From: Candidatus Omnitrophota bacterium
GTDB taxonomy: Bacteria > Omnitrophota > Gorgyraeia > Pluralincolimonadales > Pluralincolimonadaceae
Assembly (NCBI GenBank): GCA_003141835.1
Contig: PLNR01000008.1
Location: 1 to 59,563, forward strand
Direction of reading: 5' to 3'
DNA: 59,563 nt
Below are positions 56,026 to 59,563 of the stretch, piece by piece. Each line of letters starts with the position of its first letter. The first letter of the stretch is position 1. Below the pieces are notes generated by a model, which did no database searches, was not told the DNA's origin, and was given only the letters and a program-made list of their open reading frames with translations. A program made the position numbers and the translations under genes.

Positions 56026-57161
56026 AAGATATAGAATCAAAGACGCTCGCCCCTTACGCGATGAAGGCGAAGGATTCGAGGGGCAGGGTGCATAAGGAAG
56101 AGGAACATCCTTACAGGACCTGCTACCAGCGCGACAGGGACAGGGTGATACATTCTACCGCTTTCCGGCGCCTGGAATACAAGACCCAGGTCTTCGTGAA
56201 CCACGAGGGTGATTATTACAGGACGAGGCTGACGCATACCCTTGAGGCTGCGCAGATAGCGGTATCGATAGCCCGCAACCTCGGATTGAATCCGGACCTG
56301 ACCGAGGCGATAGCCCTTGCGCACGATATAGGGCACCCGCCTTTTGGCCATTCCGGCGAGCACGAGCTGCACGAATTGATGAAAGACCACGGCGGGTTCG
56401 ACCACAACATACAGGGCTTGCGCGTAGTAGACCTCCTCGAAGAGAGATACCCGGATTTCAAGGGCCTTAACCTTACCTGGGAAGTAAGGGAGGGGATAAA
56501 CAAGCATTCCACGCCTTATGACAGATCCGGCGTCCTCCCCCAGCTTGAACCGGAAAAATCGCCCACGCTGGAGGCCCAGATAGTGGACCTGGCCGATGAG
56601 ATAGCCTACGATAACCACGACGTCGACGACGGGTTGACCTCGGGCCTGATAAAGGAAGAAGGCCTCCGCGAAATACCGTTATGGAAAAAGATCCGCGAAG
56701 GTCTCTCCAGGGCGCACCCGTCCATGAGCGACAGCATCAGGAAATACCAGATGGTGAGGTTGCTTATAAACGCGGAAGTCACGGACCTGATAAACGAGTC
56801 CGAAAAAAGGATCAAGGCCTTCGGGATCGGTTCCGCCGAATCGGCGAGGTCGATGCCGGAGAGGACCATCGCTTTTTCCAAGGGATTGCTCGAGGAGAGG
56901 AAGCCCCTCAAAAAATTCCTGTACGATAATCTTTATATGCACGACAGGGTCGTGAGGATGGCGGATAAATCAAAACGCTTCATCCGCGAGATGTTCGATT
57001 ATTATATCTCGAACCCGGAGCGGTTTCCGCATGCCGGGGATGAACGGCTTGAAGCCGCGGATAAATACAGGGTGGTCTGCGATTATATCGCGGGAATGAC
57101 CGACAGGTACGCGCTTGACGAATACATAAAGCTGTTCAACCCATACGAGAGGATGCAATGA
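56004..57161 (+). CDS. dgt: dGTPase-like deoxynucleoside triphosphate triphosphohydrolase (HD domain)
   Basis: YQRDRDRVIHSTAFRRLEYKTQVF, RLTHTLE and AHDIGHPPFGH. 385 aa. Confidence 0.88.
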   Translation: MFTRKEIEDIESKTLAPYAMKAKDSRGRVHKEEEHPYRTCYQRDRDRVIHSTAFRRLEYKTQVFVNHEGDYYRTRLTHTLEAAQIAVSIARNLGLNPDLTEAIALAHDIGHPPFGHSGEHELHELMKDHGGFDHNIQGLRVVDLLEERYPDFKGLNLTWEVREGINKHSTPYDRSGVLPQLEPEKSPTLEAQIVDLADEIAYDNHDVDDGLTSGLIKEEGLREIPLWKKIREGLSRAHPSMSDSIRKYQMVRLLINAEVTDLINESEKRIKAFGIGSAESARSMPERTIAFSKGLLEERKPLKKFLYDNLYMHDRVVRMADKSKRFIREMFDYYISNPERFPHAGDERLEAADKYRVVCDYIAGMTDRYALDEYIKLFNPYERMQ

Positions 57162-57868
57162 GGCACCGCATTTTATACCTGGTCATATTAGTCGCCATAC
57201 TTTTTGTGATCTTCTATTCGCCGCTTACCTCATACCTGCTCAAGGATTTCATAACCTTTAAGCTCGAGAAGGCCCTCGAAATGGATATCGTATTCGGGAC
57301 GGTGCGCGTAAAGATGCCGGCCCAGCTTACGGTCTCCGACATTAAAGCGATGGACAAGAACGGCCTCGCGTTCACCTCGGAGAGGGCCTATCTGCGCCTC
57401 GACCCGGCGAAATTCTTAAGTGCCAAATTCGTGCTCAACTGCGATTTCCAGAATGTCGTCCTGAAGTCGGGCCTTAAAGACTCCCTTAATAAGCTCCTCA
57501 AGCCTTTCGGGGTCCCTGCGCAGAATAACTACGGCTTCGACGGCATAACCGGTGTCATTACGACCAGTAAGGGATTTATTTCTATCACCGGCCTGAAAGG
57601 CGCCGGGAAGGACTTCAAATTTTCGGGCAATTTCACCAGGTTCCAGGACAATAAGGTAGATTATGAGCTCGATTTCGGCATAAACAGCCGGATCATCGCG
57701 GCTGACCAGGAATCGGCGAAAATGCTCCTTGGGGGAGAGCCGAGAGACGGCTGGTATTCCATAAAACTCTCTTTCAAGGGAGACCCCCACAGGCCCTCCA
57801 GCATCTCATTCTCATCCGGAGGCATAAAACTTGAGGTAAAACCAGCAACCAAATCCCCAGCCAATTGA
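57158..57868 (+). CDS. Hypothetical membrane-anchored protein
   Basis: ATGA overlap with dgt. N-terminal TM helix ILYLVILVAILFVIFY, then a predicted beta-rich region. I recognise no motif. Confidence 0.55.
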   Translation: MRHRILYLVILVAILFVIFYSPLTSYLLKDFITFKLEKALEMDIVFGTVRVKMPAQLTVSDIKAMDKNGLAFTSERAYLRLDPAKFLSAKFVLNCDFQNVVLKSGLKDSLNKLLKPFGVPAQNNYGFDGITGVITTSKGFISITGLKGAGKDFKFSGNFTRFQDNKVDYELDFGINSRIIAADQESAKMLLGGEPRDGWYSIKLSFKGDPHRPSSISFSSGGIKLEVKPATKSPAN

Positions 57869-57891
57869 GATAGGTAGGGGTATAAAAATGT

Positions 57892-57920
57892 TTGCTTTCA
57901 AATGCCCGTTATGATAAAAT
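57892..57920 (+). promoter_or_regulatory. Sigma70-like promoter candidate upstream of the SPOR gene
   Basis: TTGCTT (57892-57897), a 17-nt spacer, then TAAAAT (57915-57920). Confidence 0.45.
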
Positions 57921-57943
57921 TAGTCTTCCTCGGAGCCATATAG

Positions 57944-58537
57944 ATGCCGCCTTTAAATACCCAAAAACAACAGCAAGAGCTGTTTGATGAGTTTGTAGTC
58001 GTAAAGAAGACGAGGGGAAGGTTTTTCGGCGTATTAAATAAGTTCAATAAGCCGATCTTTCCCCAGCATCGTTTGACCATGTCCGTTCCCTATGAGACGC
58101 TGATCATAATCCTGATCGGCGTCGCGCTTGTAGCGGCCATTATATTTTCGCTGGGAGTGGAAAGAGGCAGAAGTTTGAACGCATCAGATGTGGAAGCCCC
58201 TGTCCCGGTCCAGCCGGTTGTAGCGGCGCCGTCCGTGGAGCCGGTTACGCCGCAGGTTGCCGAAGCGCCGAAACCGCTTCCGAAAGCGCCCCAGGTTGCG
58301 GCTACCGCCGCTACCACAGGTAAGCCTTTTACGGTGCAGGTGGGTTCATATAAGGCCCGTGACGCCGCGGATAAAGAGCTCTCGAAGGTCAAGGCCATGG
58401 GCTATTCCGCCGATATAATAAAGAAGGGCGATTATTTCATTTTGTGCGTCGGTTCATTCGCCAGTAAAGATGCGGCGAAACAGACGTTTGCTGCGATGGG
58501 AAAGAAGTACAAGGGTTGCCTGGTAAGAAAACGTTAA
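57944..58537 (+). CDS. SPOR-domain (septal peptidoglycan-binding) membrane protein
   Basis: TM helix LIIILIGVALVAAIIF, a Pro/Ala/Val linker, and a C-terminal SPOR domain FTVQVGSYKARDAADKELSKVKAMGYSADIIKKGDYFILCVGSF. Confidence 0.85.
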   Translation: MPPLNTQKQQQELFDEFVVVKKTRGRFFGVLNKFNKPIFPQHRLTMSVPYETLIIILIGVALVAAIIFSLGVERGRSLNASDVEAPVPVQPVVAAPSVEPVTPQVAEAPKPLPKAPQVAATAATTGKPFTVQVGSYKARDAADKELSKVKAMGYSADIIKKGDYFILCVGSFASKDAAKQTFAAMGKKYKGCLVRKR

Positions 58538-58556
58538 AATACGAGGAGAATGATTA

Positions 58557-58883
58557 ATGTCGATCCATCCTAGTTTGCGTCCTTCCAAAGGGAGGGGCCA
58601 TAGGTCGGTTTTTAAGAGGTTCGAGCGCATCAAGATGTTGTCGGAGAAGGACAAGTGGAAGGAAAATGAGTCGGCATTCGGCCTTCCTAAGGTCAAGTCC
58701 GTGAAGATCAAGGTCAAGAAGGAGAAAGTCGAGAAAGCCGCGGCTGAAGGTGCCGCTGCACCTGGTGCTGCGGGAGCGGCCCCGGCTGCAGGCGCAGCCC
58801 CTGCCGGCGGGAAACCGGCCGCCGGCGGGAAACCGGCCGCTGGCGCCAAACCGGCTACTCCGGCCAAGAAGGAAGGTAAGTGA
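58557..58883 (+). CDS. Small basic protein family member, with an Ala/Gly/Pro/Lys repeat tail
   Basis: MSIHPSLRPSKGRGHRSVFKRFERIKMLSEKDKW...FGLPKVK matches my recollection of the 'small basic protein' family. The tail is encoded by three 18-nt tandem units. Confidence 0.6.
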   Translation: MSIHPSLRPSKGRGHRSVFKRFERIKMLSEKDKWKENESAFGLPKVKSVKIKVKKEKVEKAAAEGAAAPGAAGAAPAAGAAPAGGKPAAGGKPAAGAKPATPAKKEGK

Positions 58884-59563
58884 GACACTCTTTTTGTGCC
58901 AGGTTTTTTCTCTGCGTATTAACCTCCCTGGTTTTTTCTTTTAATCCCTCATACGCGTCGGAAGGGGCGCTCCAGGGCGATGCCTTCACAGGCGTCGTCT
59001 CCGGGGAACGGGTAAATGTCCGGGCCTCGGATAATATCTCTTCGGAAGTGGTCTGCCAGCTGAACAAGGGCGAAGAGGTAAGCGTCCTGGGGCTTAAAGG
59101 CAAATGGTACAAGGTGGAACTCCCGAAGAAGGCCCTCGTGTATGTGGCCAAGTCAAAAGTATCCAATAAAAACGGCCAGGGGACGGTCTCGGAAGATAAA
59201 ACGAATATCAGGACCGCAGCCACCATATCCTCGACTGTCATCGGCCGCCTGAACAAGGGAGTGTCCGTAAAGATATCAAAAGAATACCTGGACTGGTACG
59301 AGATAGAAGCGCCTAAAGGCGCGGCCGGCTGGGTATCGTCGGATTACATCAAAAAGGATAAAAATTTTGACAACCTGTGCTTTGTTCATAACCAATCATT
59401 ATCCGAAAATCTGGCCCAGATGGACGCGGCTTACCAGGCCGAACTGAAAAAACCACTGCGCGAGATAGAGCTCAAGTGGATCCTTGGGGGATATGAAAAA
59501 TTCGCTGCCGATAACAAAGACACCCCGGAAGGGAAGGAAGCGTTGCTCAAGGCGCAAGAGATA
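58880..59563 (+). CDS. Secreted protein with two bacterial SH3 (SH3_3-like) domains. The 3' end is truncated by the window edge.
   Basis: Not in the ORF track because there is no stop. GTG 58880 overlaps the preceding TGA and the frame stays open to 59563. Signal peptide, then GERVNVRASDNISSEVVCQLNKGEEVSVLGLKGKWYKVELP and a second similar unit. Confidence 0.75.
   Translation, partial: MRHSFCARFFLCVLTSLVFSFNPSYASEGALQGDAFTGVVSGERVNVRASDNISSEVVCQLNKGEEVSVLGLKGKWYKVELPKKALVYVAKSKVSNKNGQGTVSEDKTNIRTAATISSTVIGRLNKGVSVKISKEYLDWYEIEAPKGAAGWVSSDYIKKDKNFDNLCFVHNQSLSENLAQMDAAYQAELKKPLREIELKWILGGYEKFAADNKDTPEGKEALLKAQEI

Noticed and set aside
56004-57161. Calling the dGTPase by itself an anti-phage defence gene.
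   Set aside because: Its length and motifs match the widespread housekeeping Dgt-like family, and it sits in native-looking sequence. Only the operon context is flagged, as a hypothesis.
1-59563. CRISPR arrays, IS elements/transposases, prophage genes, toxin-antitoxin pairs, rRNA genes.
   Set aside because: I found no spaced direct repeats of CRISPR type; the only tandem repeats are coding low-complexity tracts. I recognised no transposase, integrase, reverse transcriptase or phage structural motif in any frame, and no rRNA-like sequence.

Overview
This 59.6-kb chromosomal segment comes from a diderm (Gram-negative-type) bacterium that I cannot place taxonomically from sequence alone. Every gene I can support is on the + strand, and many are translationally coupled through ATGA/GTGA overlaps.

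Gene order:
- 1-15.2 kb: the complete S10-spc-alpha ribosomal protein superoperon (rpsJ to rplQ, including secY, adk, map, infA, rpmJ, rpoA). There is no rpmD (L30), and S14 is the short zinc type.
- 15.3-21.2 kb: aminotransferase, NAD-type isocitrate dehydrogenase, lpdA, lipA, an 86-aa stand-alone lipoyl-domain protein, and a second aminotransferase.
- 21.3-24.5 kb: an envelope lipid/glycolipid trio (MGDG-synthase-like GT28, LpxL/HtrB-family acyltransferase, GT2), then pcm.
- 24.5-26.8 kb: the only clearly atypical stretch. A roughly 200-nt imperfect palindrome is followed by a visibly AT-richer islet with its own promoter-like site. The islet has two small orphan membrane proteins and two tandem Skp/OmpH-like secreted paralogues.
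- 26.9-36.4 kb: a cobalamin salvage and uptake regulon behind two cobalamin riboswitches (cobQ-cobU-cobT-cobS-btuFCD, then btuB-tonB).
- 36.5-52.4 kb: rpsU, a double-length M16 peptidase, a MEMO-like protein, DUF1844, rmuC, aroQ-pepP-efp-accB-accC, PFK, heptose genes, thiE/thiC and a PfkB kinase.
- 52.5-59.6 kb: tRNA-Gly(CCC), a degenerate LytM/NlpD lipoprotein, a tightly packed ATPase/phosphoesterase/HIT/dGTPase operon, then SPOR, small-basic-protein and SH3 genes.

I saw no CRISPR array, IS element, integrase or rRNA.

The best candidates for something undescribed are the 24.5-26.8 kb palindrome plus low-GC islet, and the 53.3-57.9 kb nucleotide-enzyme operon headed by an Arch_ATPase/DUF234-like NTPase. 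Both are hypotheses that need database and structure searches I cannot run.
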